Of a DNA stretch of 64,000 bases, positions 25,963 through 39,799 are shown piece by piece. The notes below the pieces were generated by a model. It made no database searches. It was given only the letters and a program-made list of their open reading frames with translations, and was not told the origin of the DNA. The DNA lies in the NCBI RefSeq assembly GCF_009914755.1, contig NC_060929.1. The stretch is one strand, 5' to 3'. The stretch is from the human T2T-CHM13v2.0 reference genome, Homo sapiens. The translations under genes were made by a program, and so were the position numbers. How positions within the stretch are numbered: the first letter of the stretch is position 1; each line of letters starts with the position of its first letter.

Positions 25963-28000
25963 ATCTGTTTTTTAATTGGTGCATTTGGACTATTTACAGC
26001 TACTGCAATAATTGGTATGCTAGGGCTTAACTCTACTGTTTTACTTTTTGTTTGTACAACTTTTTTAGTAGCTGCTCTAGGTATTACATCATATTTGTTT
26101 AATGTATCAAAGTCTATTGGTTTTGTCATTTTATCACTTAAAGTGAAGTATAGAAACCTTACCTCTTTGAACGTCCCTTTAACCCTCCACACTTATAATT
26201 CCCTTAAATATTTTCTCTACATACACTTAGAACCACACCAGAAAATGTTATAATTTTTGTCAACCATCAAACATAATTTAGAAAACTCAGGAGAAGGAAA
26301 GTCTATGGTATTTATACATATTTTTGCTTACCATGTTCTTTTGTCCTCCCTGATGTTCCAAGGTTCCTTTTTATGTTACTTCCTTTCTGCTTAGCTAACT
26401 TCCTTTAGCCATTCTTTTACAGCAGATCTCCTGGTGATAATCTGTTTTTATCTAAGTATGTCTTGATTTCCTCTTCATTCCTAAAGAGGGTGTTTTCACT
26501 CAGTATAGGTCACAATTCTTATCTTTCAGCACATAAAAAAAAATGTGTGTCACTTCTTTCTGGTCTCCATGGTTTCTGATGAGAAATCTACTGCCATTTC
26601 ATTGATTTTCTTATATAAGTAAGGAATAATTTTTCTCTGGCTGCTTTCAAGATTTTCTTTGTGTCTTTCATTTTTGAAAGTTTAATTATGAAATGGTATG
26701 AATTTCTTTGGGTTTATCCTGTTTATGGTTCACTCAGGTTTATGTGTTTTACCAAATTTGGGAAGTTTGGGACCATTACTTCTTCAAGTAGTTTTTCATC
26801 CCATCCCTCTTTCTCGTCTCTTTCTGTACTCTGATGACATGAATGCTAGATCTTTTGTTATAATTACATGGGCCCATTAGGCTCTTGTTTTGTTTTGTTT
26901 TGTTTTTCCCATTTATTTTTTTTCTGTTGTTTAGGCTAGGTAATTTCTGTCTTCCATTTTATTATTTTTTTATCTCCTGTATTCTGCCCATCCACTAAGC
27001 TTTTTCTTTTAGTTATTGTATTTTTCAGTTCTAAAACTCCACGTGGCTCATCTTTTTCTCTTTTATTTCTTTGCTGAGGGCTTCTCTTTCCTTGTTCAGG
27101 TTCTCTACTTTTTCATTCATTCTAAAGGTGTTCAGATTTGCTCATTGAAGCGTTTTTATCATGACTATTTTAAAACTGTTGTCAAATAACTCTAACACCT
27201 CTGTCATCTCAGTGTTGGTATCTATTAATTGCAATTTTCCTTCATTTTGAGATCTAGTTCTTGGTATAAGAATAATTTATTAAAACCTGTTCATTTTTAA
27301 ATTATGTTAAGAGATGCCATTTCTTATTTAAATCTTCTGTTTTAATTGGCTTTCTCTGACACTTCTCTGGCAGGTGAAGGGGCAGGTGGTACTGCCTCAT
27401 GATTTCCACATGGATGCAAAGCCCAGATTCCCCATTCAGCATCTTAGGAAGAGGCTCCTTATTACTGCTGGGTGAAGGTGAGAATTCTAGGAGTTCCAAC
27501 TCCCAGTTGGAACACTGTAATGAGGGTGGCCTTGTTATCATAGGGCAGTGGTGAAGGTCCTGAATATTGTCTAGGCCTCCACGGACACCAGCCCAGTCAG
27601 GAGAAGAAAGAGCACCCTATTACTTCCAGATGGCTTTGGAAGTCCAGAATTACCATGTGGTCTCCACTGACACTGAGAATAGAAATGGAGCTCAGTGATG
27701 ATAAAACTCCTGGTTCCCTCCTTGCCTTTTCTGACACTATCCCAGTGTGGACATTGGGGTACTTCATCAGAATCTCAAAAAAGTAAAAACCTAAGCTCCC
27801 GACATGGCTTTTGCAGGTATAGATGTGACTGGGTCCACAATGCTTTTTCTGTTATTTACCTGGAATATGGTGGTTATTATCTAAAAGTTTTGTCTTGTTA
27901 GGTTGACCCTCTCTGGTCCTTTAATTATAGAAAGCATGCTTTTGTTAAGAATGTTTTTGCTTACCATGTAATGCATTGGTATTTTTGTGTTGTTGATTTC

Positions 28001-28295
28001 TTTTTTTTTTTTTTTCTTGAGACAGAGTCTCACACTATCCCCTGGGCTGGAGTGTAATGGCATGATCTGGGCTCACTGCATCCTCGACCTCCCGGGTTCA
28101 CATGGTTCTGCCTCAGCCTCCTGAGTAGCTGGGACTACAGACACTGCCACGATGCCTGGCTAATTTTTTGTGTTTTTAGTAGAGATGGGGTTTCACTATA
28201 TTGGCCAGGCTATTCTTGAACTCCTGACCTGATGATCCGCCCGCCTCGGCCTCCCAAAGTGCTGGGATTACAGGCGTGAGCCACCACACTCAGCC
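28001..28295 (-). mobile_element. AluS (Sg/Sc-like)
   Basis: Reverse Alu; TSD TGTTGTTGATTTCTT at 27988-28002 and 28298-28312. Confidence 0.95.
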
Positions 28296-28355
28296 CATGT
28301 TGTTGATTTCTTAAGCTCCAAGTCTGGTATATATGAGAAAAAAAGAAAACCCAGG

Positions 28356-28544
28356 GCACTCCAGGCTGGGCAACAGAACAAGGCCCTGTCTCAAAAAGGA
28401 AAAGAAAAAAGGAGAGATACTCTATTTCTATATAAATAACATCGTTTTAAACAACATTACTCAACATATGCAACAAGTAAGTCATTATCATTCCTAGAGT
28501 AAGGAATCTAAATTGATTGAAACTCATGTGACACAGCAATTAAT
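28356..28544 (+). repeat. ~190-bp copy of the AluJ 3' end plus unique flank from 30316-30498
   Basis: An 86-bp core has 4 mismatches to the sequence following the Alu at 30067-30354. Confidence 0.9.
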
Positions 28545-29394
28545 ATGTTTTTCTTTTGGTCCCAAGGCCCCAAGCTAGTCTGCCTTCTGCCTTCTCTCCA
28601 TATTTCAGAGTATTCCTCTATATACATACATATATATATATAAATATATATACACACATATATATAAAATATCCAAGATTTTTAGTTGTATTTAGCAGGA
28701 GGAATAGGGAAAGCTATGTATACTCCATCTTCCTGGAAGTCTCAATTCTTTAATAGGATGAATAATTAGTGAATATAATTAAATTTAACTTTTGCAGAAT
28801 AGAAATTATCTGAAAACATTACTAAGTCACTAACAGTAGCTTAAATAAAACAAGAGAGTAAGAAACAAACCAGGAACAAGTACAAGCCAAAGTTATAGAT
28901 ATAATCTGAGGCAGGGAGAGCTACACTTCGTGGCCTCAGGTTCATATAACCAGATGTCAGAGGCTGCTGGAACAAACCCTCAGCACCTGATGCCTGAAAA
29001 CAGGATGCATCATGGGCCTTGAGAAGTTACTTAACTCTTCATCAGTAAATAGCATCATTGTGAGAGCTAAGCAAGTTGGTAAACATAAATAATATATAGC
29101 AGGGCCAGGCTCACATTAAGGCTCTATAAATGTTAATTATTAACTTACTAATTAAAAATATGTTTATTATCTAAAATAAGGGCTGAGATAAAAATCTATC
29201 TGGTGTAATTCTTAGGCCACAAATCTCTAAGGCTTTGGAGGTCAATATAGCAGAGGACATTAAGTTCACCATTACTGAACTTAACATGTGAAACACACTG
29301 CCTGCTGACAAGGACGTTTCAATCATTTCAGGCACCTGCTTAAGTTCATAGGCAGCATTGTCAAACTAGTTTAGAAATAAATATTGAAAAAGAG

Positions 29395-29573
29395 ATACAT
29401 ACAAGGTCAGGGGGAGCTAAGTCTACCCCTCCCTCTCTCTCTACTTTGTTTCAGTAGCAGACTTCGCTGTTAGATACTTTCTCCATACATACAAGGTCAG
29501 GGGAGCTAAGTCTACCCCTCCCTCTCACTCTACTTTGTTTCAGTAGCAGAATTCCCTGTTAGATACTTTCTCC
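29395..29573 (+). repeat. Tandem duplication, 2 x ~90 bp
   Basis: ATACATACAAGGTCAGGGG...GATACTTTCTCC at 29395-29484 and 29485-29573. Confidence 0.95.
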
Positions 29574-30018
29574 AAACGTACAAGAAAGTACCTCAAAACC
29601 ACACAAATCCAAAATCAAACTTCTTGTCGTTCCTGTGGAAATTTGCTCTTCCTTCAGATTTCCCTATTTCAGTAGGAAATATTAACCTCCAAGGAAACCA
29701 AAACAGAAATTACAATAATCCTTTATTTGCCATTCCTAAAAAGTCACTAAATGTACTGATTCTATATCCACACTACTTTAACTTTATTCCTGTCTCTCCC
29801 CACTGTCATTTCTGTAGTATACCAACTACGATGGCTGAAATCTATGAAATCTTTACAAAGAATTATTCTAAATGATAATAAATTTATGAAAGGAACAAGA
29901 ATTTATTTCAATAGATAGTAGATCTTATTCAGGACAGTTTTAACATGACCAACCCTTTTTTTAAAAATTAAGCAAAAGAAATGTTAATTATTAACTTACT
30001 TAGTTAATAATAAACTTA

Positions 30019-30390
<372 letters not shown>

Positions 30391-30521
30391 TTAAACAACA
30401 TTACTCAACATATAAAACAAGTAAGTCATTATCATTCCTAGTGTACAGAATCTAAAAGGATTCTGTGATACAGAAATTCATGTGATACAGAAATTAATCT
30501 TTAAAGAACAAGAGAGAAATA

Positions 30522-30524
<3 letters not shown>

Positions 30525-30556
<32 letters not shown>
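30525..30556. repeat. (TA)n microsatellite
   Basis: Directly visible. Confidence 0.95.
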
Positions 30557-30558
<2 letters not shown>

Positions 30559-30879
30559 CTCAAAATGAGCTCTATTTGTCAGGCAAGACTATTCAGGGAA
30601 AAAAGGATTATACGGTAAAAAAAAATCTGGAATATGCTACATTTGATCAATGAAGATTGAAGAGTGCATTAGCATATTGTAGGTTGGAAGTCCTGTGGTA
30701 ACTTGTTTAATTTGGTCTAATATGAAGATCCCAAGGTTTCAGTGACAGTGAAAACATTCTTTTTCCTCTAAGTGGCTTTCATAGAAATAATGAGAAGCTC
30801 CAGCTTAGAAACCACATGGAGTCCATCATCATTAAAAATTTGTTGATTTCAAATGAAACAAATAAAATTTGTTATTACT

Positions 30880-31097
30880 ATGTTCTCTGTATCTATGTCC
30901 TCTTGTCTTCTTTCTTTTATAAAGACACGTTTTGTTGGGTTTGGGGCCCAGCTGGATAATCCAGGATTATTCCATTTGGAGATCCTCAACTTAATTACTT
31001 CTTCAAAGATCAGTTTCCCAACTAAGTTCATATTGACAGGTTCCAAGGGTTAAGACATAGGCATATGCTTTTGGAGGCTGCAGTTCAATCCACTACA
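30880..31097 (-). mobile_element. MLT1 (MaLR) LTR fragment
   Basis: TTATAAAGACAC...ATAATCCAGGAT...GAGATCCTCAACTTAATTAC...TTCAATCCACTACA. Confidence 0.75.
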
Positions 31098-31445
31098 TAT
31101 GAGTTATTTGGAAGCATGATATTTAGTGTCCAGATATCTGGGGACTTCCCAGGCATCTTTCTGCTACTGATTTATAACTTAATTCCACTGTAGTTTGAGA
31201 ACATAGTCCGAAATCTTTTTAAATGTACTGAGATATATTTTATGGTCTAAAATATACTTTATACTGGTAAATATTTCATGCACATTTGAAAAGAATGTAT
31301 ATTCTGCTGTTGTTGGGTGGAGTGTTCTAAAATGTTGATGCAGTTATTTGATTGTTTTTTCAAGTTTCTATATCTTTACTGATTTTCTGTCTACTTACTC
31401 TACCAATTACTGAGAGGGGTGGTAAAATTTCTGACTATAATTATG
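31098..31445 (-). mobile_element. Old L1 ORF2 fragment
   Basis: TTGAAAAGAATGTATATTCTGCTGTTGTTGGGTGGAGTGTTCT. Confidence 0.75.
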
Positions 31446-34400
31446 AGCAGTATGTACTATATTACCATGTTTTCTAATATTATCTCCATCTTATACCCTC
31501 AGGTTCATTAGTATCTACACAGAGAGTGCTTCCTAATGCATTATCTCCCTCTTCTATTAGAAGTATTGCCCATCTTTTGTCTTATTTTGTCATAGATATT
31601 TTTTCATAAATTTTGGTTAATATATAGGAGATAGTTGACTTCAAAAAATTCAATTTCAGGTTTTACTCATACTTTGAGACTCAAAGTATACTTTTTTGTT
31701 ACAAATGTTGTAAATTATGTTCTTAGTTTCATGAACTGTCTGCTCCTAATCATTTGATGTAATTCTGCACACAATCAAAGCCACTTATGAAATTTTGTGA
31801 GAGGTACTAAATGCTCTACTGAAAAGTTTTTGGCATTAAATGTTTTAAAAGAAATAAAAAATGGTAACATTTTTCCCAAATATGTTAGCAAATTCAAGAA
31901 GCAGATTGTACTAATTACAATTACTGCGAAGTTACATATGCATCATGAACTCAAATTTCTCTTAATGAGGCTTAATGTAGCTTAACACTTTACCTCATGG
32001 GAGTTACAATAATGGAAAGAACACATAAAAAAATTGAGTTGATTGTTCTATATCACAGCAGGGCCTGTAAAATGTGCCAGGTCTCCCAAGGTGGCCATAC
32101 TCTTTGATAAATTCACCTATGAGCTGCTGTTATATTTGAGGGAGGCTCATGAACTACCATCTGCAGAAAAGGGAAAGGCACATGAGGACTGCGTGTATTT
32201 CCTATGCACAGAGTCAAGCTCACTACTGGGAAAAAAAAAAACTGTCCCATATTCAGCGAGTTCTGAGAAACCAGCTGAATGAATACAGTGTGGTCACATC
32301 TCAACATTAAAATACGCAGAATCATCCACACTAGGTAGCACAGTGAACGGAAAGATGAGACAAGATCCAACTAATTGATATGGTAAAACTGCAATTTGTG
32401 ATAGGAGACAAATTTCTGTTAAAATTGTCATGCAAAATAACTAAATAGTACACTTTGGGAGCTTGATCATTATTTTTACACCTATTTAGCACTCACCTTG
32501 TTTTAGGTAACTATGCCTGGTAGTATAGAGAGCTATTAATGTTTCTATTACCTGATCTCAAGGAAATTAAAAATTAATGTTAAAAATGCATAATCATGAA
32601 AATAAGGTAGCCTGTATTTCTGCTATTATTAAGCCTACCAATAATAGAGTTATCTTCTGGGTAAAAAGTCCCTGAGACAATCTCCTAGCTAGGTGTGGAA
32701 ACTCCCAGGAAGTTGCACTTTTTAGGAACACTGTCTTTGGTCACCAGACTTCACCCCAAAGTAATCAATGCCTGTAGGTCTTAACCGTAACACTAAAGTC
32801 CTAATTCAGATACAAATGCATTATATGAAAAAGAAGTGTGTTATCTGCTTTTAGCTAAAAGTTTAGGATGACAGTGGTGTACTCTGCCATGAGCTGCATC
32901 ACAGAAAAGAGGCCCCGATGATATTTCTCCAGGACAACTAAGGCAACAGGACAGCCTCCCCATCACTATTAGATACTCAAATAGTGAGAATCTGTAACAC
33001 TTTGTTCACCTTTCATCCCCACTTTAAAATAGAGAACAGCTAGAGGCTTGTGATTTATTCTCATGTTAGAAGCCCTCTCATATGACATATTCAGGATAGG
33101 TAGTTGGCCAGTTTGTTAAATGAATATATTAAAGTCAAGAATCTTCAGAAATAATACCTCAAGTATTCTTTATAAATGGCAACACTTAAATGCACATAGT
33201 TGGCTACTCTTTTGATGTAGAGCCAAGGCCTTTGCTTTGAGTTTGAATCTCTTAGTTAGATTTCTACAATGTCTTACATCAAGAACATCCATTATGCATC
33301 ATCTATGGCTTACAGTGTTTCTTTGTAATTGAGAAGTTAAGGCACTTGAGAAGCAATCTAAGAATCATTCACATTTCCTCCCAATCTTTTATGATTGGCT
33401 CACCTACATCTAATTCTACAGTAATTTTTTTAGCAAATTTACTAGCATTCTATTTAGTTTTCACATAAACACTTCTCTTTACTTATATGTTACATCAGTC
33501 TACATAATAATTATATGATATAATATAATAGCAAGTACAACAGTCATTAACAGATTTTGGATTCCTGGCAAACATGCACCGCCACAAAGGGGACCTGAAG
33601 TACAAAGGTGTACTAAAGAATAGCTGTCTAGAATGTCATAGACATTGGTGTGCAGACTTTAGAGAGGACATAGTGTCTGATAAGGCACTCTGCTGAAAAA
33701 TATGTAGAATAAGGATTCGGCTGTTGCTTATTGAGCTTGTAACTTTGTGTAAAGTCCTGATTATTTAGAAAAGAACAAACAAAAAAAAAACCTGCCTAAT
33801 GCTCCCCATTACAACTAGAAAGTAACCTTAATCAAAACACACAGATATAAATAAAAAATTACAGGGAAGAAAAACAACGAATCTGTTTGGGAGTTGAAGA
33901 ATTAAAAAAATGAAATTTCAAAAAAATCAAAGGTTAGCAGAGGAAGACTTCTACCCTAAGAAGAAAAGCTATGTGTGAATATAACACTACTAAAGTGAAA
34001 ATAAAGAGATACTACCTTACCAGCCTCAGCTCCCTGCTACAAGTTCACAGAGTGACGTGGTGCCCACAACTTCCCAAATTCATCAAATATGGATTGCAAT
34101 AAAATGACCTTGAGAATTCCTTTCAGGTCTATTTGTACAAACCCTGGCATGTGAGTGGCAGTTTCAACGAAAACCCAGCAGATCACATGAGTGGGTTTGC
34201 ATGTTTATAAAACTGTTTCAAATGCAATCACCAGATTTCAAGATTTGAAAAGCATTCTAAAATGTTTCAGAGTGCACAAGGAAAGGGGAAAGGAACATTT
34301 CAGTGCCTCTGAGCAAATACAGAGCTTTAAGAAAATAGCTGGTATCAATGAAGACATTTTGATTGGACAACTTCAGGCAAACAGGACGCCCGTTTAACAC

Positions 34401-37400
34401 TACACGTTCTCTTTACCGTCACCATGAATTCAGGCATAGCTATCCTCAGTCTGTCACAACAACCCGGGAAACATGATAATTCTTATAAGTGCCACAAAAA
34501 ACTGTTTAAGAAATAGCAGAATTTGTCTGTTTCCTTAGTGAGAGAGAAGATTGATACATACCCTGGCAGAAGCTGTAAAGTAATACCATTCCCATGAAAT
34601 ACAACAAGCCATTGTAGATACTTAAGTAATATTGTCTAAAGAAAAACAACATTCTTAAAGACCATTTTTGACAACAATGAAACCAAGTCAGGGCCACTTT
34701 TTTCTTACATTTGATCTCCGTAGATATTTGTACTCTAAAGATAGACAGACATTTGTTTACATAGAATAAAACATCATAAATTGCCAACTAGAGTAAGATG
34801 TGTGTCAGAATAGCTGCAAATGACACTTCTGCAAAAACCACAGATAATATGATGTGGCCGCTAAGAGATTCATCACTGGTTATTTTTGAAACTCCAGCCC
34901 ATTACACCGACTACCATTATAGCTATTTAAGCATGAAATGTTTGCCTTCATTTTTATTCATATGTTTTATGGACCATTTACTGTTAGCTAGAAAATCGTT
35001 TAAAAGGTAATTCAGTTTACAGCTGAGGAAAAATAAGAAGCCTCCGAAACAATCTCAGAATATTGACTTACTGTCAGATAGGTAGGAATGAACTTAAATT
35101 CAATGTGAAATTGGGGTGAAAGGTGACTTTCTAACAAGTAACTTTAAAAGAAATAAATGAGTAGCTTGCTAATGTTTCTCTTTTTGTTTCCCCCTTAATG
35201 GAAAATATCTTAGCCACAAAGGGATGAGAACTTCCTGCAAAGTTTTCATTGTTCAAAAATAACATCAAGTATGAAAGGTATGGCTTCAACACAGTATTAA
35301 CTACTGTTGGCCTCTGCCACACAACACACTGTAAAGACTTTGAAAGACTAGATGAAGAATAGGACAACCATGCCTTCTATGAGATATATTTTATTTCCCA
35401 GTAAAAGCAAAATTTAATTATATTCCGAAAGTCTTTAATCCTTACTGTGTGTCCAAGGCACTACTCTAGACAGCACAGACGGATACAAAAATGGTAAAAC
35501 CTAGCTTGTGGCCTCCATGAACTTAAGGTCTAGAGGGAAGAGAAATGCCTGAATAACTTCAGCACAAAGCAGTGTATAAAACAGCCTACAAATATACAAA
35601 ATGCACCTTCTGTTGGAAAATGCAGCTCCCCTAGCTGTCAGATGGGTTGAGGTGCCATGAAAATAAACTCCACCCTCGTATTGCTGTGTAGGAGAGGCGC
35701 CCCCTTCAGGCCTTAGGGCACCATTGCTTGCCTCTTGTAAGTACGTGTTTCCTCTACTGCGGGAAGGCTCTTCAAAGACAAGAACTAAAATTCTTATTTA
35801 CCCTGTGTGCCTTGCACTTAGTTTAGTATCTTGTATATAGGAAGTAATCAGCAAATGTAGAATGAAGAATTAATAAATTCCCTCAATCCAGAATCCTCTG
35901 CCTCCTTTTCTCTACACGTGCCTATTCACATTTCTGAATGTAAAAATCCTACCCAGCTCAAATGCCACTTCTTCCTAATAGCAATATCCAACCTTGCCTC
36001 AAAATCCCCATCCTTGGCAGAAATAGTTTATACTTTCCCTGCTTTCTCTGGACTCTTTAGTTTATATCCCTAAAACTTCTAAAACTTTGAAATGGCTGAA
36101 TCTTTAAATCAACAGTTGTCACTAGCTCTCATTTGACACAATCCCCTAATATTTTATTTGATTATTGCTATTTGTGTACATTTGTTTTTATGTGTAAGCT
36201 CCAAGAGGGAGGTACCTGATGCTAACATGCCATTTATGATGCCTCCAGCATTTTAAAGGAGCATCCATTTGTTGGTTCAACAAGAACTTCTTTAGCATCA
36301 ATATTGTACCTAGAGCTAAATAAAATATTGATTTAACTAAATCATATTTCTAGAAGTGATTGAAAGATTCCAATGTAACAAGGGTCTTCTTAACCTCTGC
36401 AGACTTTTGTCTGTTCTAACAGTGTGCTGTGTTTGTGCAAGGATTATCATCACCTAGGGCTATCCCGAGACTAACTACTCCAAGCATTTTTCCCCCTCAA
36501 ATCTGCAAGCATTGTTTCCCTCAGATTCATCTTCTTCTTGGATAATGTCACAGATGAAATATACCGATGATCTTACATCAAATACTTACAGGAGGAGGTT
36601 AAATCATTATTTGCCCCATGGTGGTGGTCAGCTTCTAGCTGTGACCACCAAACCTCTGCTACATATTTATGAGTCTTCCTAAACCTCTAATTTAGGTTTC
36701 TAAATTCAAAATGCAAATGTCCTCTCCACCCCCAGAAAAGTTTGACATCTTTTCATTTGGTCTTTCCCATCTTTACAAATAACAAAATAAAACAAAACAA
36801 AAATACAATGAAGAATGCATTAAATGCACAGCTTTTAGCTCACTGCTGGGCACATAGGAAAGATGGGACTAAAAATAGTTAACTAGTGATATGTATGAAA
36901 AAAAGTTTTTTAACTATAAAGAATATTTTGTGTAACTGGATATTTTATTTCACAGACAACTCTCATGTAGTCAGAGACTTCAAAATGCAACACTCATACC
37001 TGGTATTTTATGTGCTTTCAGTTTGAGGTTTCTCATTTACAATGAATCATTTATATTTTCTCTAAAAGACATAAAGCATTTTTGTTATTTTCAATCGCAT
37101 CAAATTGATTTTGTTCTTGACATGATGACCATAATTGCAACAAGAACATCAATGATCACAATGGGATATGAGTATTTCACTTCAGCACTTCATATTCACC
37201 AAATCATGCCATGTGTGTACCTTAAATTTCTGAGAATTCATTTTTCAGAATCATCTTATAGATTGCTAATTTTCATAATAAACTAAACTGCTGATTCACC
37301 TACAAGAAAACACAGAAGGAACATGTATAACTATATTTGAGTCAACAGCTGCTGTGCCCACTAAAATCTTCCCCGTCTCACATTGAGAACACCGTCACTA

Positions 37401-38839
37401 CGTTTTTGCAGCTAAAAGAAGGTTGTTCTAAAAGCAGATAATCTGAGAATCAGTCATCTTACATTCATGTCTTTCCCCAGAGTGGTTTAAAGGAAAATGC
37501 GTTAGAAAAATGTTTATAACATTTAAATTTGTTAGTTGCTGGAAACACTAAGTCTAATGTAGGCTGTTTCTAGAACTCCTTAAATATCACCCCCCTCAAA
37601 AAAATAACAGAATGCAAAGTCCAGTATGTCTGATTTAAATGTATCTATAGGAGCTCAAAATAAGCATGACATTTTGCCCTAACTGGTAAAAAGTTCTGGA
37701 GTAAATTTTAGACAATTTGGGTGATCCTATAAATCATGATAATCTCTCACCATCTGTCTCTTCTAATTTCACCATTCCTAACTTCTGTTCTGTTTCTCTC
37801 ATCACAGCCCCAAAGTAAAGAGTCTGTTTTGAAGGTTATCAACTCTTTCCCCACCCCTGTAGAGGAGACTTCCCTACTGCTGAAATAGCAATAAAAAATA
37901 ACTTGCCTACCAATTACTGAGATGGTTATAGAATCTCCGATTGGACCATCCTCTGGTTAAATGTTTAAAGCTCAGTTAAAATGCAAATTAACAGTAGACA
38001 ATGTAGCAATTATGGCAAGAGTGGGACAAGAGAAAAAGTTTCATCCAAGAATGCAAATTTTTGAAACTATAATTAAATGTGCAATTTGTTCTGTTTTATA
38101 GAGATTTTTATGGCATGGAAAGGTACCAGGAAACCCCAACTAAAATAGTGCCAGATTAGTGTTTCTAGTCTGGTCAAAAAGAATCACCTTAGAGACACTG
38201 CAATTTTGACAGCGCATCTTTTACCTCATGTCACTGAATTGATTTTTCCTAAATTGTTAAATTGGGTAGGTTAATGTAAAATTCCCTGAGTTATTTGGAG
38301 AAAGATGAAGTAATTTATGGATGAGGATGAAACTTTCTAGATATGTCAAGATATGATTGCTGCATCACAGAGAGGTTGGTACTCATATGTGTAAGTAGGA
38401 ATAGTGTCTCCACTAGTGGCTTGAGTAAAATCTATACATGCATACGGAACATATGTGGATTCCATCTGACCAGCCATTCATATAACAGTTGCCAGTGTGG
38501 GGATGGGTTGAGAAGAGGTGAAATTAGAACAATAAAAGATCAAAAGTAATAAGAATATAACAGAAGGCACAAAGCACTAAAGGAGGAATCATCTGAGAAG
38601 TAAATGATTATAAATCATAACAGAATGGAGATTGATTTACATTCTGAAGATCTCAAGGAAACAAAATGTATAAGGAACAAAAAAAGAAATTAATGTGTGA
38701 TAAAATTAAGAACTGACACATCTAATAAGAAATGACTATAGACGAGCAGAGAATTAATGGTTTGTTCAAATGGAATAACCCATACTTGAAAAAACTTATA
38801 CATTAATATGAAAAAATACATATAGAATAATACATAGGA

Positions 38840-39145
38840 GGCAGGGAGTGGTGGCTCACACCTGTAATCCAAGCACTTTAGGAGGCCGAGGTGGGCAGAT
38901 TGCTTGAGCTTAGGAGTTTGAGACCAGCCTGGGCAACATAGTGAAATCCCATTTCCACTAAAAATACAAAAAGTTAGCTGTGCATGGTGGCGCACACCTG
39001 TGGTCCCAGCTACTCAGGAGGCTGAGGTGGGAGAATCACCTGAGCTTGGGGAAATGGAGGCTGCAGTGAGCTGTGATTGCACCACTGCACTGCAGCCTAG
39101 GCAATCAGAGTGAGACCCTGTCTCAAAAATAAAAATAATAATAAC
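38840..39145 (+). mobile_element. AluJ
   Basis: Full dimer with TTGCTTGAGCT.AGGAGTTTGAG and GGAGGCTGCAGTGAGCTGTGATTG; flanked by ATAGGA repeats. Confidence 0.93.
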
Positions 39146-39799
39146 AAATAGGAGAGTATACAGACATAGATAAAGCAAAGGCATAATGATTTTTAAAAAT
39201 ACTCTTTCCCCTAGTGTATTTGTAACCCCCCAAAAAAGGGTCACAAGCCAATAATACAAATAGACAAATAGTAAGTGCTGTAACACAAAGAAAGAGACCT
39301 GAATATTTTCTAAAGAACGAAATGTTCTGCACTGTCTCGAAGGAATGTGAGGTAGCATCAAAAATTGTTAGAATCTTTTTTCTGGGTTTCCTGTTTATCC
39401 AAAGAGCAACATCTTTAATGAGCAATGACCTGGACACTGATTCAACATCTTGACATGGATACAAACCATCTTGACATTGCCAACCTCCATTACAGACTGA
39501 TAATATTGGTTCCAATCTTGGACATTTTCAGGAAATGAGAAAACAAGCTAACCATCTGCCTTCCTTTAGTTGTAGTTTTAAAGCAAGGATATTCCAAAAA
39601 TAAAAGTCAACTATATGCTACAGATTAAATATCAAACTATGAATGTTATCCGCTATCCAGGTAATAAAAGTGTAAGATTCCACTTGCCCATAGGGTTCTT
39701 TGAACAAAATAATAAAAATGTCAAAGAATTCAATTTAAAAAAGAACTCCATTGAAGAAAATTTTACTTTTCTAAATTAAAAATCAAGTATATAATTAAA

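Larger units (their letters stand above)
23960..28745 (-). mobile_element. Old L1 (L1MC/L1M4-like) with nested insertions
   Basis: T-rich antisense L1 motifs (TCTCCTTTCAGTTCCATCAG, GTTTCTGATGAGAAATC, CTGGCTGCTTTCAAGATTTT) and a 5'-UTR-like end AGGAGGAATAGGGAAA..TACTCCATCTTCC.GGAAG. Confidence 0.75.

Noticed and set aside
39123-39515. 130-aa minus-strand ORF
   Set aside because: Non-ATG start, runs into an Alu tail, no recognisable homology
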